DNA of 64,000 bases from Oscillospiraceae bacterium (GTDB taxonomy: Bacteria > Bacillota > Clostridia > UMGS1840), in the NCBI GenBank assembly GCA_015068645.1, contig SVKD01000002.1, positions 55,733 to 119,732 of the forward strand. The letters run 5' to 3'. Positions 30,123 to 39,496 of this stretch are shown here, piece after piece (position 1 is the stretch's first letter; every line of letters begins with the position of its first letter). The notes beneath the pieces were generated by a model, which was not told where the DNA came from, did not search any database, and was given only the letters and a program-made list of their open reading frames with translations. A program made the translations under genes and the position numbers.

Positions 30123-30446
30123 ATGGCAAACAATAAAAACTTAAATGAACAGGAAAATATTGTGACAATTCCTCAGGAAGAGGAAGAAACCATCGAACAG
30201 ATTGTTACCTTATACGATGAAAACGGTAAACCTGAAGACTATGAACTCATTGACTTATTTGAGTTTGGAGACGGTGTTTACGGTGCATTCACTCCCGTAT
30301 TGACCGCAGAAGAACCTGATGAAGTGGATGTGGTAATGTTAAAAGTTACCGAAGACGGCAACGCTTTCATCGAAATTGAAGACGCTACCGAAGAAGAAGC
30401 GGCATTCCGTGAACTTCTTCGCCGTGAAGACGAATTATTAGACTAA
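30123..30446 (+). CDS. DUF1292 family protein
   Basis: Acidic; VTLYDENG, IEIEDATEEE; customary neighbour of yqgF. Confidence 0.75.
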   Translation: MANNKNLNEQENIVTIPQEEEETIEQIVTLYDENGKPEDYELIDLFEFGDGVYGAFTPVLTAEEPDEVDVVMLKVTEDGNAFIEIEDATEEEAAFRELLRREDELLD

Positions 30447-30503
30447 TCTTTTTGATAAATTTTAGTCTTTTCGCAAATTTCTGAATTAAAAGAGGCTTTT
30501 TTA

Positions 30504-32735
30504 ATGGTATTATGTTCAAAATGTAAAAAGAATATGGCAGTTGTGTTCGTCACAAAAATGGAAAACGGTAAGGAAGTTTCCGAAGGATTGTGCTTCCAGT
30601 GTGCCAAAGAGTTGGGAATTAAGCCCTTTGATAAGATGCTTTCCCAGTTTGGCATCAATGAAGATGATTTTATGAATATGAACGAACAGCTTACCGAAAT
30701 GATGGAACAAGGCGCTATGTTCGGCGACAATATGATGATGATGCCCATGGATGAAATGCCTGAGGAGGCAGAAATCCGTCCGGAGGACATTGGCATCAAA
30801 CAGAAAAACAAAAAACAGAAAAATCAAAAGAAAACTCCGTTGGAATCCTACGGCACCAACTTAAACGACAAGGCTCGTTTGGGCGAAATCGACGCGGTCA
30901 TCGGCAGAAATGCAGAAATCAACCGCGTAATTCACATCTTAAACCGCCGTACCAAAAATAATCCGGTTCTTTTAGGGGAACCCGGTGTTGGGAAAACTGC
31001 CATTGCAGAAGGTCTGGCATTAAAGATTGTGAAAGGCGAAGTGCCTCACAAGCTGTTAAACGCTCAGATTTTCTTAGTGGATTTTGCGGGAATGATTGCA
31101 GGCACCCAGTTTCGGGGTCAGTTTGAGCAGCGCTTAAAAGCTGTGGTAACAGACGCCATCGAACGTGGCAACGTGATCTTGGTGATTGACGAAATTCACA
31201 ACATCGTGGCGGCAGGTGATGCCAACGGCGCAATGAATGCGGCAAACATCTTAAAACCCTATCTGGCAAAAGGTCAGCTTCGCATGATTGGTGCCACCAC
31301 CCCCGAAGAATACAGAAAGCATATCGAAAAGGATTCTGCCTTAGAACGCCGTTTTGCAACGGTTATGGTGGAAGAACCCGATGTGTATGAAACCATTGAA
31401 ATCTTAAAAGGTATCCGTGGCTACTACGAAGATTATCACAAGGTAACCTATTCCGATGAAGCTATTGAAACCGCTGCTGTAATGGCAGACCGCTATATTT
31501 TCGATAGAAAACTGCCCGATAAAGCAATTGATTTGATGGACGAAAGCGGTGCGGTAAAAAATGTGACCAACGATTCTTTGGTGGAACTGGAAAAATTAAA
31601 GGCAGAACTTGCCTCCATCGTGGAATTAAAGGAAGCATCGGTGGAAAACGATTCCATCGACGATTATCAGAAGGCGGCAGACTATAAGATTAAAGAATGT
31701 CAGCTTCGTGACAGAATTGCTGAGCTGGAAAAAGGGGCATACCGTGCGGTAACCACCGAAGATATTGCCACCGTGATTGAAAATATCACAAGAATTCCCG
31801 TTCGCAATATCACAGGCATTGAAGCGAAAAATCTGATTCACTTAGAAGAGAAACTGAAACTCCGCATTGCAGGTCAGGAAGACGGGGTAAACGCCGTTGC
31901 CGCTGCAGTTCGCCGTGGCAGAGCAGGTCTTTCTTCCAAAAGAAAGCCCACCTCTTTCATTTTCGCAGGTCCTACGGGTGTGGGGAAAACCGAGCTGGTA
32001 AAAACCTTGGCGTATGAACTGTTTGGCAGTGAGGAAAGCATCATTCGTTTTGATATGAGTGAATATATGGAAAAGCACACCGCATCTAAGCTGATTGGTT
32101 CCCCTCCGGGATACGTTGGCTACGATGATGCAGGGCTTCTTACCGAAAAAATCAGAAAGAAACCCTATTCCATTATTCTCTTTGACGAAATTGAAAAAGC
32201 ACATCCTGATGTGTTTAACCTGCTTCTGCAGATTTTAGATGACGGTATTTTAACCGATAGCCACGGCAAAACCGTGCGGTTCTATAATGCCATCATCATT
32301 ATGACCACCAATGCAGGCAGTGACTATAAAGCCGCATCCTTAGGTTTTTCGGAAGGAAACGAAGGAAAAGCCAAAGATAAGGTGAATAAAGCACTTCGTG
32401 AATTTTTCCGTCCCGAGTTTTTAAACCGAGTGGATAAAGTTGTGGTGTTTGACCCGTTGGGCAAAGAAGAACTTCGCAAAATTACCCACATTATGCTCTC
32501 GGATATTAAAAAGAATCTCAGAGATAAAAAGCTTTATGTTTCCTTTACCGATGCGTTAGTGGAATACCTGATCGAAAACGGTTTTGATGAAAAATTCGGT
32601 GCAAGACCCCTTCGCCGCTTGATTGAACGTGAAGTGGAAGACAAGATTGCAGATCTTTTCATTTCGGGCGAATTGCTCGCCGGCGAAACCTTTACGGCAG
32701 ATTATCAAAATAACGAAGTAACCATTACAAAATAA
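30504..32735 (+). CDS. Clp ATPase with N-terminal zinc finger (ClpE/ClpC-like)
   Basis: CxxC...CxxC N-terminus; GEPGVGKT and GPTGVGKT Walker A motifs; FRPEFLNR; GARPLRR. Confidence 0.9.
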   Translation: MVLCSKCKKNMAVVFVTKMENGKEVSEGLCFQCAKELGIKPFDKMLSQFGINEDDFMNMNEQLTEMMEQGAMFGDNMMMMPMDEMPEEAEIRPEDIGIKQKNKKQKNQKKTPLESYGTNLNDKARLGEIDAVIGRNAEINRVIHILNRRTKNNPVLLGEPGVGKTAIAEGLALKIVKGEVPHKLLNAQIFLVDFAGMIAGTQFRGQFEQRLKAVVTDAIERGNVILVIDEIHNIVAAGDANGAMNAANILKPYLAKGQLRMIGATTPEEYRKHIEKDSALERRFATVMVEEPDVYETIEILKGIRGYYEDYHKVTYSDEAIETAAVMADRYIFDRKLPDKAIDLMDESGAVKNVTNDSLVELEKLKAELASIVELKEASVENDSIDDYQKAADYKIKECQLRDRIAELEKGAYRAVTTEDIATVIENITRIPVRNITGIEAKNLIHLEEKLKLRIAGQEDGVNAVAAAVRRGRAGLSSKRKPTSFIFAGPTGVGKTELVKTLAYELFGSEESIIRFDMSEYMEKHTASKLIGSPPGYVGYDDAGLLTEKIRKKPYSIILFDEIEKAHPDVFNLLLQILDDGILTDSHGKTVRFYNAIIIMTTNAGSDYKAASLGFSEGNEGKAKDKVNKALREFFRPEFLNRVDKVVVFDPLGKEELRKITHIMLSDIKKNLRDKKLYVSFTDALVEYLIENGFDEKFGARPLRRLIEREVEDKIADLFISGELLAGETFTADYQNNEVTITK

Positions 32736-32736
32736 T

Positions 32737-32770
32737 AAAAAGAACGCTATCAATGATAGCGTTCTTTTTT
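32737..32770 (+). terminator. Intrinsic terminator after the Clp ATPase
   Basis: AAAAAGAACGCTATC-AAT-GATAGCGTTCTTTTT. Confidence 0.85.
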
Positions 32771-32789
32771 GTTTGAAAGAAGAAAAATT

Positions 32790-32887
32790 GTAGGGACAGA
32801 TGTGGTCATCTGTCCGATTTTATGATTTCGCATAACATAAAGAATAGCAATACCAAAAAACGGGACGGTGTGGGCACCGTCCCCTAC
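32790..32887. repeat. Inverted GTAG-REP doublet
   Basis: GTAGGGACAGATGTGGTCATCTGTCCG ... CGGGACGGTGTGGGCACCGTCCCCTAC. Confidence 0.8.
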
Positions 32888-32890
32888 ATT

Positions 32891-33139
32891 TTATAAATTA
32901 TGATTTCTCGTATATTTTCGTAACGATTCAATTTTTTCTAATTTCAAAGCGTAATTTTTATTGCGGGGACACTGGGTATGAACACATTCGTTGCAATCAT
33001 GTTTTCCACGTAATTCAAAGCAACAACACATATAATTACATTCATCGCAACAGCACTCATTTCCGTTTTCACCATTACCGGGACAGTCTTTTCCGCCATT
33101 TCCTGGAATCAGTTCTATTCCTGTAATATCAATAATCAT
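32891..33139 (-). CDS. 82-aa cysteine-rich hypothetical protein
   Basis: MIIDITGIELIPGNGGKDCPGNG...ECCCDECNYMCCC...; 11 Cys; AGGGGG RBS. Confidence 0.65.
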   Translation of the reverse strand: MIIDITGIELIPGNGGKDCPGNGENGNECCCDECNYMCCCFELRGKHDCNECVHTQCPRNKNYALKLEKIESLRKYTRNHNL

Positions 33140-33156
33140 AGATTTTCCCCCTATAA

Positions 33157-33306
33157 TAAAAAAGTGTGCCTTCAACCGAAGACACACCGAAAAAGTATTA
33201 TCCTCGATTGTTGCGACACAATCCATACCCCAACGGATAAGAAATAGAGGAAATACCTTTTACCAAGAGTATTTCCATTGGGGTACAATATATAGGATTA
33301 TGTCGC
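33157..33306 (-). ncRNA. Candidate structured leader RNA or sRNA ending in an intrinsic terminator
   Basis: Nested stems 33211-33224/33295-33308, 33226-33237/33274-33285 and 33249-33257/33267-33276; terminator 33164-33187 with U tract. Confidence 0.5.
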
Positions 33307-33312
33307 AAATTT

Positions 33313-33341
33313 ATTGTATCATAAAAATTTTAAAATTACAA
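33313..33341 (-). promoter_or_regulatory. Sigma-A-type promoter of the leader and Cys-rich gene
   Basis: TTGTAA-17 bp-TACAAT with extended TG. Confidence 0.6.
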
Positions 33342-33409
33342 GTATTTTATCAAAGAAAAATTGTAGGGACAGATGTGTAAATTGTTCTATGCAACTTTAT
33401 CTCAAAAAC

Positions 33410-33449
33410 AAAAAGACGAAATTCTTTGAAAAAGAACTTCGTCTTTTTT
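33410..33449. terminator. Third copy of the AAAAGACGAAATTCT terminator
   Basis: AAAAGACGAAATTCT-ttgaaaa-AGAACTTCGTCTTTT. Confidence 0.75.
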
Positions 33450-33463
33450 ATTGATCCTAACGT

Positions 33464-33809
33464 AAGGCGATGAGAAATGGATGCAGAATTCGGAAATCGA
33501 ATCAAGGCAACACCTTGACGAGCCCGAAGCCGTAGTACTGCGTACAGCATAACGGTACGCCGAGCGGTGAGATTCACGGATTATGCGCCATTTATCAAGC
33601 CGTTCCCAAAGGCGAAGAAAAAGGGCATAGAATTTGCAAACTGAACCGAAGGGTTACCCGAAGGCGTACATTGGTACGCCGAGCGGTGAAGTTTGCAGAT
33701 AGCAAAAGGCATTCTAATCAAAATTTGTGCCAACAAATTTTCACCTTAAACAAAAAGGCATAGGAAATAAATCCTATGCCTTTTGCGGTCTATGTTCTTT
33801 TTCAAGCCG
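33464..33809 (+). repeat. Tandem family C copies (short 33464-33604, long 33609-33809), abutting carB stop
   Basis: Both end in TCAAGCCGT; the second is followed directly by the carB stop. Confidence 0.85.
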
Positions 33810-36800
33810 TTAGAAAGAAACTTTACCTTCAAAGGATTTCACCGCCGGTCCAGTCATTTGAATAGTTGAATCTGTGTAACGGATTTTTAAATCTCCGCCG
33901 GGGAGCTTCACGGTGATATCGGTATCTTTTTCACAGTGACCGTTTAAGATTGCTGCAACAGCTGCTGCGCAAGCACCGGTACCGCAAGCTAAGGTTTCGC
34001 CGATACCACGTTCCCAAACACGCATTTTCAGGGTGTTTTTATCAATCACAGTAACAAATTCCACGTTTACCCGATCGGGGAACATGGGATGATATTCCAG
34101 TTCGGGACCAATTTTTTCTAAGTTTACGGTGTCTAAGTTTTCAGTGAATACTACTGCGTGAGGATTGCCAACTGCTAAGCAGGTTACGTTAAAGGTTTCG
34201 TCTGCAACACTGATGGGTTCGTTAATCACCGGTTCTTTGTCGGAAACCACGGGAACCAGTTCGGGTTTGGTTTCTGCCTTGCCCATATCTACCTGTGCTG
34301 CAACTACTTCGCCCTCCATGGTGTAAACCTTCAGCTTTTTCACACCGCTTAAGGTTTCAATTTCCATATCTTCACGGGGAACAATGCCCTTGTCATACAG
34401 GTATTTACCCACGCAACGGATAGCGTTTCCGCCCATTCTGCCCTCGGTGCCATCTGCATTGAAGATTCTCATTTTCGCATCAGCAATTTTGGAAGCTTCA
34501 ATGACCACCGCACCGTCTGCACCGATGCCAAAGTGACGGTCGGAAAGACGGATTGCCAGTGCTTCGGGGTTATCAATCTGCTTGTCTAAGCAATCAAAAT
34601 AGATATAATCGTTGCCCAAGCTCTGCATTTTGGTAAATTCCACAGTCACTTTATCTTCGCGCATATTGTTGATATCCACGATTTCGATGCTTTGTTCAGA
34701 GTATTTACCTTTCATAGAGTTGATAACAGCGTTTGCAGTGTCAATAGAGGTGAAGCAGGGAACGCTTCTTTCTACCGCTTTTCTTCTGATTTTTACGCTG
34801 TCACGTTCGGGCAGTCTACCTTTTGCGGAAGTGGAAACTACAAAGTTTACTTTACCGCTTTCAATCAAGGTTAGAGTGTTGTTTTCTGCATTTTCGTGAA
34901 TTTTATCCACGGGGATAACAGGAAGACCTGCATCGGAGAGCACTTTTGCGGTGCCGTGAGTGGAATATAAGGTGAATCCTAAATCGTGGAATCCTTTTGC
35001 CACGCCGTAAATTTCCGCTTTGTCGGAATTTCTTACGGAAATGAACACACCGCCTTTTTTATGGAGCTGATAGCCGGCTCCGATTAAGCCTTTATACAGG
35101 GCTTCTTCCAAGTTTGCACCGATACCTAAAACTTCCCCGGTGGATTTCATTTCAGGCCCTAAGTGAATGTCTACCCCTAAGAGTTTGGCAAAGGAGAACA
35201 CAGGCACTTTGACTGCCACATAGGGAGAATTTCTGTAAAGACCGGTGCCGTAACCCATATCTTTTAATTTTTCGCCCAACATTGCACGGGTTGCCAAGTC
35301 AATCATAGGCACCTTGGTTACCTTGCTGATGTAGGGAACAGTTCTGGAAGATCTGGGATTTACTTCGATGACATATAATTCGTTATCATACACCAGATAC
35401 TGGATATTTACCAGACCTTTGGTGTTTAAGGCAACGGCTAATTTCTTGGTAGCATCAATGATTTTTTGAATCATGGGAACATCTAAGTTAAACGCAGGAT
35501 ATACGGCGATAGAGTCACCGGAGTGTACCCCTGCACGTTCAATATGTTCCATAATACCGGGGATTAAAATGTCTTCCCCGTCGGAAATGGCGTCAACTTC
35601 AATTTCAGTACCCATTAAATATTTGTCAATCAAAATGGGGTTTTCGTCCAGACCGTGCAAAATAATCTTCATATATTCCTTGGTGTCGTTATCGTTCCAA
35701 GCAATAATCATATTCTGACCGCCCAATACATAAGACGGACGAATCAGCACGGGATAACCGATACGGTTTGCAGTTTCCAATGCTTCTTCTTCGGTTAACA
35801 CGGTAAAGCCCTGAGGACGTTTGATGTTGAGTCTTTCAAGTAAATCGTCAAAACGTTCTCTGTCTTCCGCCATATCAATGCTGTCTGCACTGGTACCCAA
35901 GATTCTTACCCCGTTTTCCTGGAGGAAGTTGGTCAGTTTAATGGCAGTACCGCCACCAAATGCAACCACCACGCCGTAGGGTTTTTCGGTGTGAATCACG
36001 TTCATCACGTCTTCGGGGTTTAAGGGTTCAAAATACAGACGGTTTGCAGTGTCAAAGTCGGTGGAAACGGTTTCGGGGTTATTGTTGACGATAACCACTT
36101 CGTAACCTGCTTCCTGGAGCGCCCATACACAGTGTACGGATGCATAGTCAAACTCAATCCCCTGACCGATACGGATCGGACCGGAACCGAATACGATAAT
36201 GGTCTTTTTGTCGGTGGGATTGTTATCAATAAATTCTCTTGCTTCGTTGGCTTCTTCATAGGAAGAATAGAAGTAGGGGGTCTGTGCATCAAATTCCCCT
36301 GCACAGGTGTCTACCATCTTATAGGAAGCATAGATTTTTTCAGGAACTTTCTGATTGGATAAGTTTTCAATCACCTTGTCCAAAAAGCCCATTTTCTTCG
36401 CTTCTAAGTGAAGTTCTTTGGTTAAGGGTTCTTCTTTCAAGCGACATTCCATCTTGTAAAGATTATAGAGCTTGGATAAGAACCAACGGTCAATCTTGGT
36501 GATATCATAGATGGTGTCGATAGAAACGCCACGGGTGATAGCTTCATACACCACGAAAATTCTTTCGTCGTTGCACTGATAAAGTTTTTCGTTAATCACC
36601 TCATCGGATAAGCCAACCAAGTCTTTATGGCGCATAGAATCCTTGGAAATTTCTGCTCCGCGGACTGCTTTCATAATGGCTTCTTCAAAGGTGGCACCGA
36701 TTGCCATAACTTCCCCGGTAGCCTTCATCTGAGTGCCTAAATCACGTTTTGCATACACAAATTTATCGAAGGGGAATTTGGGGAATTTTACTACCACATA

Positions 36801-37853
36801 GTCAATGGCAGGTTCAAAACAAGCATAGGTTTTGCCGGTTACTGCATTTAAAATTTCGTCCAGCTGATAGCCGATTGCAATTTTTGCCGCAACTTTTGCA
36901 ATGGGATAACCGGTTGCTTTGGATGCAAGTGCAGAAGAACGGGAAACTCTGGGGTTTACCTCGATAACCGCATATTCAAAACTGTTGGGATTTAATGCGA
37001 ACTGACAGTTACAACCGCCTTCGATTTTTAATTCGTTCAAAATGTCAAGCGCTGCACGTCTTAACATGGAATATTCGTAGTCAGACAGAGAAACCGCAGG
37101 TGCGATAACAATGGAGTCACCGGTATGCACACCAACAGGGTCTAAGTTTTCCATACTGCAGACGGTGATGGAATTGCCTTTGCTGTCACGAATTACTTCA
37201 AATTCGATTTCCTTCCAGCCGGACACACATTTTTCCACCAAAACCTGAGTAATGGGAGAAAGACGCAGACCGTTGGTGGTAATCTCAATCATTTCTTCTT
37301 CGTTATTTACAATACCGCCGCCGGTACCGCCTAAGGTAAATGCGGGACGGATAATCAACGGATAGCCGATGGAATGTGCAAAATCCAGGGCGTCTTCCAA
37401 AGTGTTTACAACCTTGGAGGGGATAACGGGCTGGTTGATTTTTTCCATCATATCCTTAAACATCTGACGGTCTTCTGCCTTGTCGATGGTTTCAGGATTT
37501 GCGCCCAATAATTTTACGTTATGCTTGTCCAAAAAGCCTTCTTTTGCCAGCTGCATAGACAGGGTTAAGCCTGTCTGACCGCCTAAGGTTGAGAGTAAGC
37601 TATCCGGCTTTTCTTTTTCGATAATTCTTTTGATAACGGGCAGAGTTAAGGGTTCAATGTAGATTTTATCAGCCATTTTGCTGTCGGTCATAATGGTTGC
37701 AGGGTTGGAGTTTACCAAAACAACTTCCAGACCGTCTTCTTTTAAAGCACGACAAGCCTGGGTGCCTGCATAGTCAAACTCTGCTGCCTGACCAATGACA
37801 ATGGGGCCGGAACCGATGACTAAAACTTTTTTGATTTCTTTATTTAACGGCAT
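33810..37853 (-). CDS. carB: Carbamoyl-phosphate synthetase large subunit fused to a C-terminal DapF-like domain
   Basis: GSGPIVIGQAAEFDYAG, duplicated ATP-grasp halves, MGS domain; then KMQSLGND, FNADG, GNPH, ERG and LACGTG DapF motifs in one reading frame. Confidence 0.93.
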   Translation of the reverse strand: MPLNKEIKKVLVIGSGPIVIGQAAEFDYAGTQACRALKEDGLEVVLVNSNPATIMTDSKMADKIYIEPLTLPVIKRIIEKEKPDSLLSTLGGQTGLTLSMQLAKEGFLDKHNVKLLGANPETIDKAEDRQMFKDMMEKINQPVIPSKVVNTLEDALDFAHSIGYPLIIRPAFTLGGTGGGIVNNEEEMIEITTNGLRLSPITQVLVEKCVSGWKEIEFEVIRDSKGNSITVCSMENLDPVGVHTGDSIVIAPAVSLSDYEYSMLRRAALDILNELKIEGGCNCQFALNPNSFEYAVIEVNPRVSRSSALASKATGYPIAKVAAKIAIGYQLDEILNAVTGKTYACFEPAIDYVVVKFPKFPFDKFVYAKRDLGTQMKATGEVMAIGATFEEAIMKAVRGAEISKDSMRHKDLVGLSDEVINEKLYQCNDERIFVVYEAITRGVSIDTIYDITKIDRWFLSKLYNLYKMECRLKEEPLTKELHLEAKKMGFLDKVIENLSNQKVPEKIYASYKMVDTCAGEFDAQTPYFYSSYEEANEAREFIDNNPTDKKTIIVFGSGPIRIGQGIEFDYASVHCVWALQEAGYEVVIVNNNPETVSTDFDTANRLYFEPLNPEDVMNVIHTEKPYGVVVAFGGGTAIKLTNFLQENGVRILGTSADSIDMAEDRERFDDLLERLNIKRPQGFTVLTEEEALETANRIGYPVLIRPSYVLGGQNMIIAWNDNDTKEYMKIILHGLDENPILIDKYLMGTEIEVDAISDGEDILIPGIMEHIERAGVHSGDSIAVYPAFNLDVPMIQKIIDATKKLAVALNTKGLVNIQYLVYDNELYVIEVNPRSSRTVPYISKVTKVPMIDLATRAMLGEKLKDMGYGTGLYRNSPYVAVKVPVFSFAKLLGVDIHLGPEMKSTGEVLGIGANLEEALYKGLIGAGYQLHKKGGVFISVRNSDKAEIYGVAKGFHDLGFTLYSTHGTAKVLSDAGLPVIPVDKIHENAENNTLTLIESGKVNFVVSTSAKGRLPERDSVKIRRKAVERSVPCFTSIDTANAVINSMKGKYSEQSIEIVDINNMREDKVTVEFTKMQSLGNDYIYFDCLDKQIDNPEALAIRLSDRHFGIGADGAVVIEASKIADAKMRIFNADGTEGRMGGNAIRCVGKYLYDKGIVPREDMEIETLSGVKKLKVYTMEGEVVAAQVDMGKAETKPELVPVVSDKEPVINEPISVADETFNVTCLAVGNPHAVVFTENLDTVNLEKIGPELEYHPMFPDRVNVEFVTVIDKNTLKMRVWERGIGETLACGTGACAAAVAAILNGHCEKDTDITVKLPGGDLKIRYTDSTIQMTGPAVKSFEGKVSF

Positions 37854-38910
37854 CTTTTCTATCCTCCATCATCTTTGTAAATCTGCCCACCAAAAATCCG
37901 GGATTCATGGGCTCGGAAAAGCTTTCAATGTTAAACTGCACGGAAAATGCAGGAATGTTGGCATAGTCAATTCCCTCAACCGTGCCATCGTTTACATTAC
38001 GATACGAAACTTTACCAAAAGCTTCCACAGAATCGTTTACCACCTGGTAGCTGTGATTCTGAGAGGAAATGTAAACCTTGCCGGTGGTTTCATTGCGAAC
38101 GGGAACAGATGCACCACGGTGGCCGAATTTCAGTTTTTCAATTTTTGCACCCTGAGACAGCGCCAACAGCTGGTGTCCCAAACCAATTCCCAGAGTGGGA
38201 ATGTCTTTTAACTGACGGATTTCGGTAATCACATCGGTTAAGGTAGTGGGGTCCCCGGGTCCGCCGGATAAAATCACACCGTCGGGCTTTAATGCGAGAA
38301 TTTCTTCTGCCTGAGTGTTGTAGGGAACCTTGGTCACATCACAGCCTGCATCTAAAAATGCTTTTGCCATATTGTTGTTGCAACCAAAATCCCACATGAC
38401 CACATTGTATTTGCCTTCTTTTGCAGGAATGGTTTCCTTTTCGGAAACGGATACGGATTTTACCGCATCCACAATTTTATAACTTGCAATATCGTCAGTA
38501 AAATCAGGGGTAAAGGAAATTTTTGCGTTCATAGTGCCGGCGTCTCTTACCATTTTGGTCAGCTTTCTGGTATCAATGCCGTAAATACCGGGGATGTCTT
38601 TTTCCTTTAAAAAAGTGTCAAGATCACCCTCCAAACGCCAGTTGGACGGTGCCTGACACCAATCTTTCACAATATAACCAAAACAAGACGCTTTTTTGCC
38701 TGCCATTTCTTCTGCGATGGTACCGTGACAACCCATTTCGGGGAAAGTGGAAATCACAAGCTGACCGAAATTCGCAGGGTCGGTCAGAGTATCCATATAA
38801 CCAAGCATATTGGTGGAAAACACAAGTTCGCCTACCGCTTCACGGTAAGCGCCAAAGCTTTTTCCACGAAAAACTGTTTTGTTTTCCAGAATCAAGTACA
38901 TCTCTTTCAT
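37840..38910 (-). CDS. carA: Carbamoyl-phosphate synthetase small subunit with a degenerate glutaminase site
   Basis: GELVFST.M.GY..TLTDP, GIDTRKLT, GPGDP; GIGLGHQ and QFNIE in place of GICLGHQ and QFHPE. Confidence 0.92.
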   Translation of the reverse strand: MKEMYLILENKTVFRGKSFGAYREAVGELVFSTNMLGYMDTLTDPANFGQLVISTFPEMGCHGTIAEEMAGKKASCFGYIVKDWCQAPSNWRLEGDLDTFLKEKDIPGIYGIDTRKLTKMVRDAGTMNAKISFTPDFTDDIASYKIVDAVKSVSVSEKETIPAKEGKYNVVMWDFGCNNNMAKAFLDAGCDVTKVPYNTQAEEILALKPDGVILSGGPGDPTTLTDVITEIRQLKDIPTLGIGLGHQLLALSQGAKIEKLKFGHRGASVPVRNETTGKVYISSQNHSYQVVNDSVEAFGKVSYRNVNDGTVEGIDYANIPAFSVQFNIESFSEPMNPGFLVGRFTKMMEDRKDAVK

Positions 38911-39229
38911 ATGAGCGAAAACTTCCTTTCTGATTGTGTGTATCGTAGCCAAAAATCAACGATTTTAAGCGGTTTTTTCTAAAAATGGGTAAAATTTTTT
39001 CCGAAATCACAAGGGATTTCGGTTTTTTTAGAAAAGCAGATGCTATTCTTTTCGAAATTCAGGAGAAATTTCTTTCTATTTATTGTATCATTTCTGACGA
39101 TAATTGTCAATGATTTTTTCTTGGTTTTTTTCGTATATTTCTACAATTTTTCGGGATTGGAAAATCAAAAAATTTCCTTGAAAAACCGTAAGGATTCTAA
39201 AGATAAAATCCTTACGGTTTTTTGCTTAA

Positions 39230-39350
39230 AATAATGAAGAGTGAAGATTGAATAATGAATAATTATGGTGGCACCCTTCGGGTGCATTATAATGCAGGCA
39301 ACGCCTGCCACCGCAATTTTTCGTTATTCATTTTTCATTATTCGTTCTTC
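39230..39350. repeat. Family A element
   Basis: Heptamer arms around GGTGGCACCC-TTC-GGGTGC and GCAGGCAACGCCTGCCACCGCAAT. Confidence 0.8.
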
Positions 39351-39353
39351 AAC

Positions 39354-39496
39354 TGTGCGCCATTTGTCGAGCCATTCCCCGATAGCGATGGAAAAATTGT
39401 TCAGAATGTCGAATCAAACCCGAAGGGGAGTCCCCGAAGCCGTACCGTGTGTACGGCGAGTGGTTTGCATTCGGCATTATGGGCAATTTTAACGAG
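39354..39496 (+). repeat. Degenerate family C copy (plus terminus remnant), abutting pyrH stop
   Basis: CCCCGAAGCCGTAC-GTACGGCGAG core; TTTTAACGAG then CTA (pyrH stop). Confidence 0.7.
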
